Position numbers and translations under genes: made by a program. Below the pieces are notes generated by a model, which worked only from the letters and a program-made list of their open reading frames with translations, made no database searches and was not told where the DNA came from. From contig NW_003314285.1 in assembly GCF_000143415.4 (NCBI RefSeq), positions 1,063 to 65,062 of the forward strand: a DNA stretch of 64,000 nucleotides, in the 5' to 3' direction. Below are positions 37,478 through 48,683 of the stretch, piece after piece (the first letter of the stretch is position 1; each line of letters begins with the position of its first letter). This DNA is from Selaginella moellendorffii. Taxonomy: Eukaryota > Plantae > Lycopodiophyta.

Positions 37478-40400
37478 ATGCAGCAGCATCATAATCACCA
37501 GATCACTTGCGCTCCCAGCTTCTCCCAGCAGATGATGCTGCTTCCATCTCCTCACGGTTTCGGAGTGTTGCAGCTGCAGCACAGGAACGAAGGCAAGTTG
37601 CATTTCCACAAGGATAATGTATCCGGGAATGAATCATCTCTCTTTTAACTTCGCCTTTGCGCGCGAGTGCTTGCTTGTACATTTTGTTCTTCCAACCTGA
37701 GGGAATTTTAGTTCTATCCGGTTGCTGCTATGGTTTTTATCCTGTTCCTCGTTTCTAATGTGCGTTTTGGTGTTGTTTCTCCAGGATCAAGCACAAGCAG
37801 CAGCAGCAACTGCTATAACTCTGCTCTCTCCCTTCTCGGCGGGGGCCCCCCCGCCGCCGCTGGAAATGTACACTACGACATGGCCCAGATGTTCATCCCA
37901 GGCCCCACGACCACCACTTCCACCTCAACCTCGGCCACCAAGCTCGAGGATTTCATCGGCAGCGGCCCGGCTCTGGATCTCAACGACATCCACGGCTCTT
38001 CCGCCACAACCGCGGCACTCCCTTTGTTCACGGGAGGAGCTGCCGCTGCGTCTAGCCACAACAACATCATCGGTTTTGGCGGCTTGAGCAGCGGCACTCT
38101 CGATCACTGTTTCTCCACCAGCAGTAGCAGCTGCAGCTTGTTCCCGTTTCCGGAGCCGCACCAGCAGCACCAGCACCAGCAGCAGTGTGGCGGCAGCATG
38201 TACAACTTCGGTGCCGTTCACAGCAGCCTGCCATCGTTGCACCTCGCTGCTTTCGAGTTCCAGCAACAGCAACAACAAATGCCACAGGCGGGAAACTTTG
38301 AAGATCAGAGAATTGAATTGTCACCACCGCCGCCACTGCCACCGCCGCCGCACTACAGCCACGATCACCACCAGTTTCAGCAGACTCCAGGATCCGTGAA
38401 CTTTTTCAATCTCAGCAATGCGAGTTCTCTGAGGAGCCCGTGGGCCGCGGAGCATCAGAGTGACGCCACCAGCCTCTCGCCGCCGGCTACGGCCCTGGAG
38501 ATGGTTAGCAGCAGAGACTTTTTTCATGGCGACAAGGCTCCGCTTCCAATGGCCAAGACCATCGACCACTTACGTGAATTCCAGGATGCTGCCCAGCAGC
38601 AGCAGCAGACGAGTCGGGCGCACCTGCAAGTCGAGCCACTCAACGCGGAGATCCTTGTCGAGTCGGATCAAAGCCTCTACAACGCCCTGCAAATGCCTGG
38701 CAGAGGAGCTCCTCACGTCGAGGAAGATCACCATGAACAAGAGCAGAGTCACGGTGGCGGTGCCAAGAGATCCAAAGAATTGTCTGTCGGTCATAGTAAT
38801 TGCTGCGACGACAACGACCTTGTCCGATCGGATCACGGCAAACGATCGGCTCCCCCAGGTGATTTGTACGAGCTCTCCTCAAAGAAGTCAGCGGCAGCAG
38901 CGGTGGACGCAAGTGGACAGCGTACATCCAAATACCGCGGTGTTACGAGGTTCGCGTTTTTAAATTCTCTCGCAAGTTTGTTCTAACTTGTCCCTCTTGT
39001 TCTTGATTGTTCTTGTTCCAGGCATCGCTGGACTCGTCGTTACGAGGCCCATCTCTGGGACAACAGCTACAAGCAACCGGGGAGAGATCGGAAAGGAAGA
39101 CAAGGTATTCTTTTCTTTTCACTGTTTTTGCCTTCGTAATAATTCCTACTCGCGAGCTAACTCTTTGGCATTTGTGTGGCTTTTGTCTCCGGATGGGATC
39201 TTCTGGGTGGAGCTCCTGCAGTGTATCTAGGTACAGTCTCTAAACTATCCACGCATTGCGTGCGCCCATTAGTTTAGGCTTTGTTTTCGCTCTTGCATTA
39301 TACGAGTTTTTCATTGTCTAGTCGACAGGCATGCTCTCTTTCGCTCTCGGCTTGGCTTTGTAGGAAATTGTTTCCGCTACTGTAGAGTTTCTGACTTTGT
39401 GTCTGGTTCAAACTAGGGAGACTGTAGCTCTTAGTGTCTTGTGTGTGTGGTGTGCTAGCGTACGATGGCATCTGCAAGCCAGTTTTTTTCTCAAGTGGAT
39501 TGTTTTGAGCTGTTTGTCTAAAAGAACGCTTTGGAATTGGCACCAGGTGGTTATGACAGTGAGGAGAATGCAGCCAGGGCATATGATCTAGCAGCTCTCA
39601 AGTACTGGGGACCCAACACTATTATCAACTTTCCTGTAAGATTTCGTGGGGAGGTCGCCAATGTCGACTGCTCACCAGACGCCTTGACCATCTCCTTGAC
39701 TAAACTTTTTCTCTCTTCTTTTCCAGCTTGGAAACTACACCAAAGAGCTCGAGGAGATGAAGCACAACACAAGGCAAGAGTACGTCGCGGCCATAAGAAG
39801 GTTGGCGGGCTTTATACGTCTTGGTTTGTTTATTGGATGGCTCTCTCTAAGGTTGCGTCGTCTCTATCAGGAAAAGCGATGGCTTCTCTCGAGGGACTTC
39901 GGTTTTCCGGGGTGTTACGAGACACCACCAGCATGGACGATGGCAAGCGCGGATTGGACGTGTGGCTGGTCACAAGGATTTGTACTTGGGGACATTTGGT
40001 ACGCTGTGCAACAGTAGAGAAAACTTTGACATGTAGCTTTTGCTTTACGACCCATCTTTGATGTGATCTCTGGATAGGCACTGAAGAAGAAGCCGCTGAG
40101 GCGTATGACCGGGCTGCTATCAAGTACCGCGGTCTCAAGGCGATCACAAACTTTGAGATAAGTCGCTATATCAAAGTTCCAAAGGAGGACGAGAATGGGA
40201 ACCAAGTTTTGGAGCAAGGGCTCCAAATGGTGAAGCAAACTCCCGATTGGCAGAACTTCTTCCAGATTATCTATCAGCCCAACCAGGCTCTCTGGCTCCA
40301 GCAGAATCAGCACTATGCAAACAGCCAAGGTTAGATCTTTCAACATCTGAAGATAAAGTTTCTAAACTTCTTTTTCATTGCAGAAACATCTGACCAGTCC

Positions 40401-40643
40401 GTGATCACATCGAATCCCAGCGACACCAACGAGTGCTCGGATCGATCGTATAATTACTCTCACTTTCAAGGAGACCATGTTGGAGGAGTCCATAGCATCC
40501 ACCAAAACAAGGATCAAGTGTTCCAGTTTTGCTCTCCACAAGCTAGTGAAGCTGCGATTCCATTCCAGCTCCAGAAACCGAGCTATGGAAGCGGCAGCAA
40601 CAATCAAGTGCCAATCTTCACAGGCTGGAACGAACTGAGCTGA
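37478..40643 (+). CDS. euANT (AINTEGUMENTA/AIL/PLT-like) double-AP2 transcription factor
   Basis: KLEDFIG motif; AP2-R1 [22 protein letters not shown]...RKGRQVYLGGYD...[14 protein letters not shown]; AP2-R2 [25 protein letters not shown]; C-terminal PIFTGWNE. First exon inferred. Confidence 0.93.
39222..39230 (+). other. 9-nt VYL microexon of the AP2 gene
   Basis: ctgcag|TGTATCTAG|gtacag joins RQ-G and GT-GGY in frame, giving RQVYLGGY. Confidence 0.93.
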
Positions 40644-41793
40644 AAAGAAAAATTTCTCGAGAGAGACTTTCCCTTGTAAAAAGAATTATATATACACCAC
40701 TAGGTACTTACCGCAATACTTTATCGTAGCTCTGTGGAGCTACAACAATTTTGGTACATTATAAAACTACTCAAGAGGCAGTATCAATTCAAGCATATAA
40801 ACAACGAAACAAACGAATAGATTGTGCGTACTTGTTTGCGAGAACTTTTCAGGAGCTCAAAGTGCAGCCAATGAACATGCGCCATCGTCCAGGACGGGCG
40901 TACGTATAGAATAAAGTAGAAACAAAGTATAAATACTTTGAGTCATGCATCTAAGATCGAGATTCTAGAAGTTGCAACAGCTATATGGTAAAATACTAGA
41001 AGGCTATGTGGTAGCAGTGTAGCACAGAGGTAATCTACTGTAAAGATCACCTTTCTTTTCCCTTTGAAATTCCTTCCCATATATTCCACCACCCCCATGC
41101 GCGATCTTGTTAGCAGTACTTCGTAATCCACCAAGTTGCCAGGCAGGGGCAAATGCTGCAAAGCAAGTAAGCCGTGCCCGAGAGAGCAAAGCAAGAGAAC
41201 AAAAAAAGGATGGAAGGAAGAAAGGTGAGAGAGAGACACACGCAAAAACAAGCCCAGAATCCGAGACAACCACCAAACTTCTGGCAAGCAAGTCTGGACT
41301 CTGGAGGGCGACTGGCATTCAATGCAAGAGTGTGTCTAGCTCTTCTTCCCCTTCTCTCATCTCTCTTTCTTTTCCTTCCAATCCCTTCAAGGAAATCCTC
41401 CTCAACCGCGGGTGGCGAATTTTATAATGGAAACATCAATTCCTCAGAGTTAATGAAAGAACACGAGCGCTGACCTGATGGCAGGCGGACGAGCAAGAAT
41501 CGTGGCGTGAGCCCCCCGATGTGAAGAAGGATATAAAAATAGTATCCACACACGATAAGGAGCTTTAATGGGATGGCTGGTTTTGAAAACTACGGAAGCA
41601 TGGCGGCTAGCACAGCGAGCAGTAGCGAGAACGAAGACTCGTCTTTGCTTGCTCGCAACGAGAAAACCAAGGAGAAAGACATTGTTGTCTGATATGTTTG
41701 GAGTTCACTGCACGGATACAAAGGTGGTCGAAAGCAAAGATGCCGATCAAATCTTTGGTGGCTGAGGAGAAAGAGTAGCGATCAGAGAAGAAC

Positions 41794-44151
41794 TCACACT
41801 TGAGCTTCTGCGACTTGGGCGATTTCTTCTTCCTCGAGCTCCTCGCTCTCCTCGTTCCATGCCGCAACCGTGTTGGAAAGAAGCACATACGGCGCTGATT
41901 TCAATCGTCCCAGCTGCACAGCTCGCTTTGCCGCGGCCGATGCTCGCTTGGAATCGCTGTGCGTCTTGCAAGCCGAGATCAGAGACAGCCACGAGACTCC
42001 ATCCGGCTCGAAAGGCATGCTCTCGATGAGATCCTGCGCGTCCTCGAGCCGCCCCGCGCGGCCGAGGATGTCGATCAAGCAGCCAAAGTGGTCGGCGGTG
42101 GCCGGGATGCTGTGATCCGCGACCATGGTGGCGAAGTAGTCGCAGCCATCCCGGAGGAGACCTCCATGGCTGCAAGATGAGAGGATGCTCATGTAAGTGA
42201 TCCCGTTTGGCTGGACGCCGTTGAGAACCATGGCTTGGTGGAGCTCCAGCGCGAGCTTGTCATAGCCGTTTTGAGCGTAGGCTGCCACCATCGCGGTCCA
42301 CGACACAACGTCCGCTCTGGAGCTCGCAACTTCGTCAAACAAGCGTCGAGCCTCAGCCAGACTCGCGCATTTCCCGTAGAGGTTGACGAGGCCGGAGCAG
42401 ATCATCGGGTCGCACTGCACTCCCGACTGGGCGATCGTGGAGTGGAGAACTCTCCCGACTTTGAGCGATGCCACCTTCGTGCAAGCGTCGAGCGCGTTGA
42501 CGAAGGTGATGGTGTCTACTGGAACTCCTTCCAGATCCATCTTGCTAAAGAGCTGGAGAGCTTTCTTTCCTTCGCCGTGCTGTGCGAAGGCCCCGATCAT
42601 CGCCGACCACGACACCGTGTTTCGAGAAGGCATCTCGTCGAAGGTTTGCTTGGCTCGGTCGAGATGCCCGGTTTGAGTATATGCAGCGAGCATGGCAGTC
42701 CACGACACGACGTTTTGCTGGGGCATGGTTTGGAAGAGATTCTCGGCGCTGTGGAGATCGCCATGCAATGCAAACGCGGAGATCATAGCGTTGTAGGAAA
42801 CCACATCCGGGTGTGGGAGCTCGTCAAACATACACTTCGCGGTGTGTATGTCTCCCTTCTCGGCGAAAGTGGTGATCATGATGTTCCATGAAAGCTCACT
42901 CCATCGAGGCATCCGGTCGAACGCTCGCTTCGCCTCCTCCGGCACAGCATTCGCGGAGTAAGCCCCGATCATCACGTTCCACGACACCAAGTTGAGCTCC
43001 GGAGCCCGGTCAAAGAGAGCCTTTGCGTCGACGACGTTCTTGGCATCCACGAACGCCGTCAGCATGATGTTCCAGGTGATCGCATTGCTCTGCGGAATCC
43101 GGTCGAAGAGCGCCCTCGCGTCGACGAACTTGTCGTTCTGAGCGTGCGCACCGATGACGGCATTCCACGAGACGACATCCCGGTTTGGCATTCGATCGAA
43201 GTTCGCTCGAGCCTCGTCCAAGTTGCCATTTGATCCATAGGCCGAGACGAGGCTGTTCCACGACATGAGAGTCTTATCCGGCATGGAATCAAACACCAAC
43301 TTCGCCTCACGCAAATACCCGTTCTGGGCAAATGCTGAGATGACCGAGTTCCAGGCCACAAAGTCCCTCTCCGGCATGCACGAGAACAACCATTGCGCCT
43401 CCTCGAGAAACCCATTCTCTGCGTAAGCCACCACCATGATCGTCCACGACACCACTGTGAGCTGCGGCATCTTGTCCAGCATCACCCTTGCATTCTCTAG
43501 ATGCCCCCTCTGGGCATATCCCGTGATCATCGTGTTCCAGACGATGAATCCCCGCAGCTCCATCCGATCGAAGACCTGTTTGGCAGCATCGAGGTTCCCG
43601 GCCTGGGCGTATCCGGAGATGATCGTCATCCACGAGAAGCTGGAAGCCTCGGGCAGCCCATCAAAGAGCTCCTTGGCGCTGTTCATGTCTTTCAGCTCCA
43701 CATACCCGGAGATGATCCCATTCCAAGTCGCGGCCTCCCACTCCGGCATTCTCGTCACCACCGCCATCGCCTGCTGGATCTGCCCCCCCTGCGCGTACGC
43801 CGCCACCATCGCGTTCCACGACACGCGATTCCTCTCGCCCATGGCGTCGAAGATCCTCCTCGACTCGCCGGGATCGCTGGAGTTGCGCGCGTGGGCGGCC
43901 AGGTAGATGTTCCACGAGAAGGAATTCTTCCTCCGGATGGCCTGGAACGCAGCGCGCGCGTCCGCCACGCTCCCGCACAGCCCATACATCTGCACGATGA
44001 GGTTGCCCAGGAACGTCCCTCCATCGCCGCCGAGATCGCGCACCCGAGAATGCGCCCTCCTCGCCCGGGCGAGATCTCTTGCGCGCCCACATTCCCGCAG
44101 CAACGCCGCTATAGCACCCTCATCGATCGCTCCTCCAGCCCTAGCAAGCAT
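41794..44151 (-). CDS. PLS-class PPR protein with E-type C-terminus, no DYW
   Basis: Long array of PPR motifs ending LIDILGRAGRLEDA...MPFEPD...SAPYVLLSN. Probable ATG at 44151; the ORF stays open to 44430. Confidence 0.92.
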   Translation of the reverse strand: MLARAGGAIDEGAIAALLRECGRARDLARARRAHSRVRDLGGDGGTFLGNLIVQMYGLCGSVADARAAFQAIRRKNSFSWNIYLAAHARNSSDPGESRRIFDAMGERNRVSWNAMVAAYAQGGQIQQAMAVVTRMPEWEAATWNGIISGYVELKDMNSAKELFDGLPEASSFSWMTIISGYAQAGNLDAAKQVFDRMELRGFIVWNTMITGYAQRGHLENARVMLDKMPQLTVVSWTIMVVAYAENGFLEEAQWLFSCMPERDFVAWNSVISAFAQNGYLREAKLVFDSMPDKTLMSWNSLVSAYGSNGNLDEARANFDRMPNRDVVSWNAVIGAHAQNDKFVDARALFDRIPQSNAITWNIMLTAFVDAKNVVDAKALFDRAPELNLVSWNVMIGAYSANAVPEEAKRAFDRMPRWSELSWNIMITTFAEKGDIHTAKCMFDELPHPDVVSYNAMISAFALHGDLHSAENLFQTMPQQNVVSWTAMLAAYTQTGHLDRAKQTFDEMPSRNTVSWSAMIGAFAQHGEGKKALQLFSKMDLEGVPVDTITFVNALDACTKVASLKVGRVLHSTIAQSGVQCDPMICSGLVNLYGKCASLAEARRLFDEVASSRADVVSWTAMVAAYAQNGYDKLALELHQAMVLNGVQPNGITYMSILSSCSHGGLLRDGCDYFATMVADHSIPATADHFGCLIDILGRAGRLEDAQDLIESMPFEPDGVSWLSLISACKTHSDSKRASAAAKRAVQLGRLKSAPYVLLSNTVAAWNEESEELEEEEIAQVAEAQV

Positions 44152-44279
44152 CCACGATTGCCAATCCCATGCGTCCACGTGTATCACAATCCAACGGCCA
44201 CAACAGCTAGTTAACCAACGTTGACTAAAAGAGTGTGTTTCAATTTTTTCTTTCTTTCGGAGCAAGGAGCTCCCTGGCC

Positions 44280-47200
44280 TCACTGCAGTGGAGCGTACAC
44301 CGAGTAGCAATCCGGAGGAACCAAGACGTGATGGTGGAGAGGATATCGGCCCTGCGCAGCCGACACCTCCGGCCCAGCTCCGCCAGAGTAGCTCACGCTG
44401 CTGACGCTCATCGAGCGAGAGATCGGCCAAAAGCGACCATTCGCATCGCTCTGGAGAGAAGCCAGCGGCGTGTGTGCGTAGCTTCCCATCATCTGTGCGC
44501 TTTCCATCCTGCGCTGCTGCTGCTGTTGCTGCTGGTGATGCTGCTGCTGTTGGTGTTGCTGCTGCTGTTGGTGTTGCTGCTGCTGTTGGTGTTGCTGCTG
44601 CTTGGCACTGCTTCCATCGCCAGGCAAGCTGTAGTCTCCGCCTCTCCCACCGGGATGATGCAGGATCGCGCTCAGCGTCCTTCCCAAGTTCTTGTCCTCG
44701 TCCAGGAGATCGTTGATGATGTCCAGGTGCGGGAAATCCTCCGAGAGGCTGCTGAAGAATGGCGGCGGGGGCGGAGGCTGCCTCGCGGGTGACAGCATCT
44801 CCGCGCCTGATGGACTGCCTTGGTTGTCGGAGCTCTGGTCTTCGGAGTGCCCGGCGTCGTCGCTCGAACTTTGCTGCTGCTGCGGCGGGTGGTGCTCGCT
44901 GTGGAGGACTTCCTGTGTTACCGTCCCAAATGTTATCGCTATCGAGTCATCCTGCCCGTTTTGCTGCTGCTGCTGCTGCTGCTGTTGCTGGCTGCCACCA
45001 CCTTTGTGAGGAGGTTTATCGTTGCTACTTGCATCTGGCATCGTTGCCACTTGGACCTCTTCCGCTCTTCCAGACTGCTCGTAAACAGGAGGTAGCTTCG
45101 ACGCACTACCGCTCGTCGTCGACGTTGTTGTTGTTATTACTGTTGCCGAGGACGACGAGGCAGCGGCGGCGGCAGCAGCAGCGTAAGGCCGAGCAAACCC
45201 GCCATTGCTCACCAAGCCGCTACTCTGCGCGCTGTGTCCTCCAATATCGGCTCCTGGGCTGTGCAGCCTCCCCACAGCAGCATTTCTGTACGACACTGGT
45301 AGACCAGCCTGCTTCGGGGTGTCGATGATACCGGACGCTTCACCACCACCGCTCAGCCTGCCAGCGGCACTCATTGAGCGAGAGAGAGGCGGCGGAATCG
45401 GCTGCAAAGGAAACGGCATGGAGTGCCGAGGTCCATTTGCAATCATTGGCGCAGTCCCTGGTCTCGAAAAAGCTGGCATTGCGGACGCCGTCATACCAGG
45501 CCGTGGATCGTCGTCGGACTTGTGCTTCATAGCGTTGGAAGAGTCACTCCTGCCTTTTGAGTGATGCCCGTTCTCAGTAGCATGATAAGAACCATTTGTA
45601 GTCGCCCTGCTCGACTTTAACTGTCGATTGTCACCTTTCGGTAGTCTTCCCTTCGGCACTGAATCCCCATCAGGCGGCATGCTATCGCTTCTGTTGCTGG
45701 AGGCCTCGGAACTAAATCTACAATCTGGAACATCCCCCGATCGATTCCTGTGGCTTCTTGTTTGATCACCTGCTTTGTGCTGGGCGTAGCTAAGCTGTTC
45801 GTGAAGCAAAACAACTTCGTCCTCCTGCAAACGCCAAAGCTTTAACGCTAAACGCTCTAGAAAAAAATTTACCTTTTCTTGTAGACGTTTTTCAAGCCAA
45901 CGCACTCTTTCCTTGAGAGAAAGAATAACAGCCTCCGAATCTATACCTCCTGGACTGCAACTACTGCTCGTCTCGCCAGTGCTTCGAGCGTCTGCAGTTC
46001 GGAGAACTGCATCGCCTTCAAGAAGCCTACCATCGCTGTCAAAACCATCAACAGCAGCCCTGCTCCTGCCCCTGTCACCGCATTGTGTAAACAGCTGAAA
46101 CGAGGAAGTACGAACAAGTACCTTAGGAAACCGTGTTCGGAGATGTGCGTCCTTGAACCGAACAAATTGCTACTCGGCGGTCTCACCGATGGTAGAGAGT
46201 CCGACGAGCAAGTGGAGGAGCTGTCGTCCAAAGCCGAGGGTACTCTTTTACTCTGCCCGCTGGCTTCGTCAGTTAAAGAACCACTGAAACTTGCTTCCAT
46301 TTCCTGGTTCACGAATGATGCGTCTCGTTCCCATGTCGCATGTTCTAAATCATCCGCTGTTCCAAAGGTTCCCACAATGCTATCCAGACCACTATCACCT
46401 TCCTCATCTACAGTCTCGCCCATCAAAATCGACGAGAGGTCGACATCCGTTAGCAGAATTTTCTTCGTGACAAGCCTACTGCTTGTTAGATCTTGCTCCA
46501 GGCGCTTTTCAGAAGGATCTTTGTCTTTTCCTTTACGATCTTTCCTTCTTTGTTTAGCCTGTAAGAACAAAGAAGGATAAAGTTATATAGATTAGAGTAG
46601 AGTTTACCTGTTTCTTCTTAGTACGTTTCTCCCGTTCAGCTGCCTCGCGCTTTGCTTTAAGCTCATTTTCAGCCTGACCGGCAGCTTCTTCTTCACGAAT
46701 AAGCTCTTCTTGACGTTTTAACGCCACAGCTTCTCTGTACGCCACTTCTATCCGATTGCTGCGACGGAATGACCAACGTTACATTGAAAGTATAATAAAA
46801 AGAGAAATACCTGAATAAATGAGCTAGCACGAACATTTCGACAGTCCGCCTGCCAAGCTCTGTAAGCCTCCGTTCGTCACGTTCAACGAACTCCTTCCCA
46901 AATTCATCTCCAGACGCTCCATCCTGATAAAAGCATAAAATGGTGAAGTTCAATCGAATACCATATTGTCTATACCTTCGTCCGGTTTTGAGGCCCCTTA
47001 TCATCTTTGTAGGAAGGCAATGGCTCTAGTACGACCCGCTCCAAGAGCGAAAGTATATCGCCAGCAAGTACAAAAAAATCCTTCTCCATCCAGACAACAG
47101 GTGTAAATGAATCATATCCTGCGTCTAATTTATGGTTCTTGTTCTTTTTCTGACGATCCAAAGCCTTACAGCCACTGTATAATGCATCCATGACCAGCGT

Positions 47201-48553
47201 TGAAGTGACCTCCTTCTCGTTGAAAAAGCGCTTAACCACGGCCTTGAAGATAATATCTGTCTTTTCTCTAGCAAGCCGTCGGCGTGCATTGTCTTCGACA
47301 GCCGACCAGAAAGCTCGGAAACTGGCAAGCACAGTAAGGAGTTACTAAGCAGATATATGGTTACTTCCGCCATACCTTGACCAGCAAAGAGTATCCTCTA
47401 TTACTTTACCAAGTTTCTCTCTCTTCTCTTCCACAAAGCGTCGGCAAATACCCTCAACGTTTGTTATGTACACGCGGACCAGCTCTCGCCTATACTGACA
47501 ATCGAGACAGCGGAAAGGCTGAAGAGGATTCTCCCTGTCAAAATTCCAACAAACAATAAGATACTAGGATCTTTTAGACAGCCAAACCTGATAACTTGCA
47601 CTTGGGCCTTGATAACCAACGTATCGCCGACCGTGAAACCATCCGCAACTTTAGAAAGTTCCATAAATTTCTTCCAACCCCAGTCATGCTCCTTCTTGCA
47701 GAAACGATGTAAAGTATCTGCTTGTACAAAGTACACTTAGCGCCTATTCTACATAGATAAAAGTTTGCAGCACCTGAATACTTAGACTTCTTTGGATCTT
47801 TGTTGACCACGGCTATAGTAAACTGCGCAAAATGACTCCATCCTTCAGAAAACACAAGACGAAGACAAGGTATGACAACCGTTAAAACTCAAAAGAGAAA
47901 TCGAGTCTACTACCTGGTAGAAGCTTGTCATAATCTGCAACACACAGGAAAAGCGAAAGGTGATTGCAAACATCACATCCCTGAGGATACACTAAAATAT
48001 ACCTGAGAAGAAACGCTGAAGCCGTTAGAACAGCTTAAAGAGACAGGAGGAGAATGTTAGACGTGTTTGCTCACCACTTGTAGCCTCCGACTTCGAACAC
48101 ATTGCTCCGAAGTTCCCTCTTGCTTATCTCGGAGAAATTCTCGATCTTCCAGGTGAATTTTCCGTAAAGGTCCGAGGGCTTGGGTCCTGTAAAACAACAA
48201 AGAAAAAATGAACAAGAAAAAAGAAAGAAAAAATCCCACGACGAAGATGAAGAAATGATAAGAAAATGCGCTACCAGCACAATGAGGAATTCCAATCATC
48301 GGCCACACACAAACCCTATTGCAGGAATCGAGCAGTCACCTGGCAGCGTGGAGAGCGCCGACGATTTATCCTCGTCGGAATCACAATAGCCTGGAGATGT
48401 GGATGGAACTGACGGCTCCAACTGCTCGCGCGACCTCCATTCCGCGACAGCATCCGCGAGATGGAACCTGTTACCTCCGGACGACGCCGCTGGAGCAGCG
48501 CACGCCAATGCCGCATCGTCCCCGCTCGCATTGCCCTGCCCTGCGCACGCCAT
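44280..48553 (-). CDS. MATH/TRAF-domain protein (TRAF1A/B, MUSE13/14-like), multi-exon
   Basis: GPKPSDLYGKFTWKIENFSEISKRELRS, WSHFAQFTIAVVNKDPKKSKYS, KKEHDWGWKKFMEL, EAVALKRQEELIREEE, and C-terminal FPHLDIINDLL. Confidence 0.93.
44512..44601 (-). repeat. CAG/CAA/CAC-rich coding repeat (polyQ with periodic His)
   Basis: Encodes QQQHQQQQQHQQQQQHQQQQHHQQQQQQQ; an 18-nt sub-repeat is visible. Confidence 0.9.
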
Positions 48554-48683
48554 GCCGGGCAACGCAGAAATAACCCTAGCGCTGGGCGGATTAGGGCAAA
48601 CGCAAATAATCCCCTTAAGCCTATACTTTCTGGTTTTAGGGCAAAATAGAATTAGGGTTCTTGGATCCATATGGCCGTAGCAG

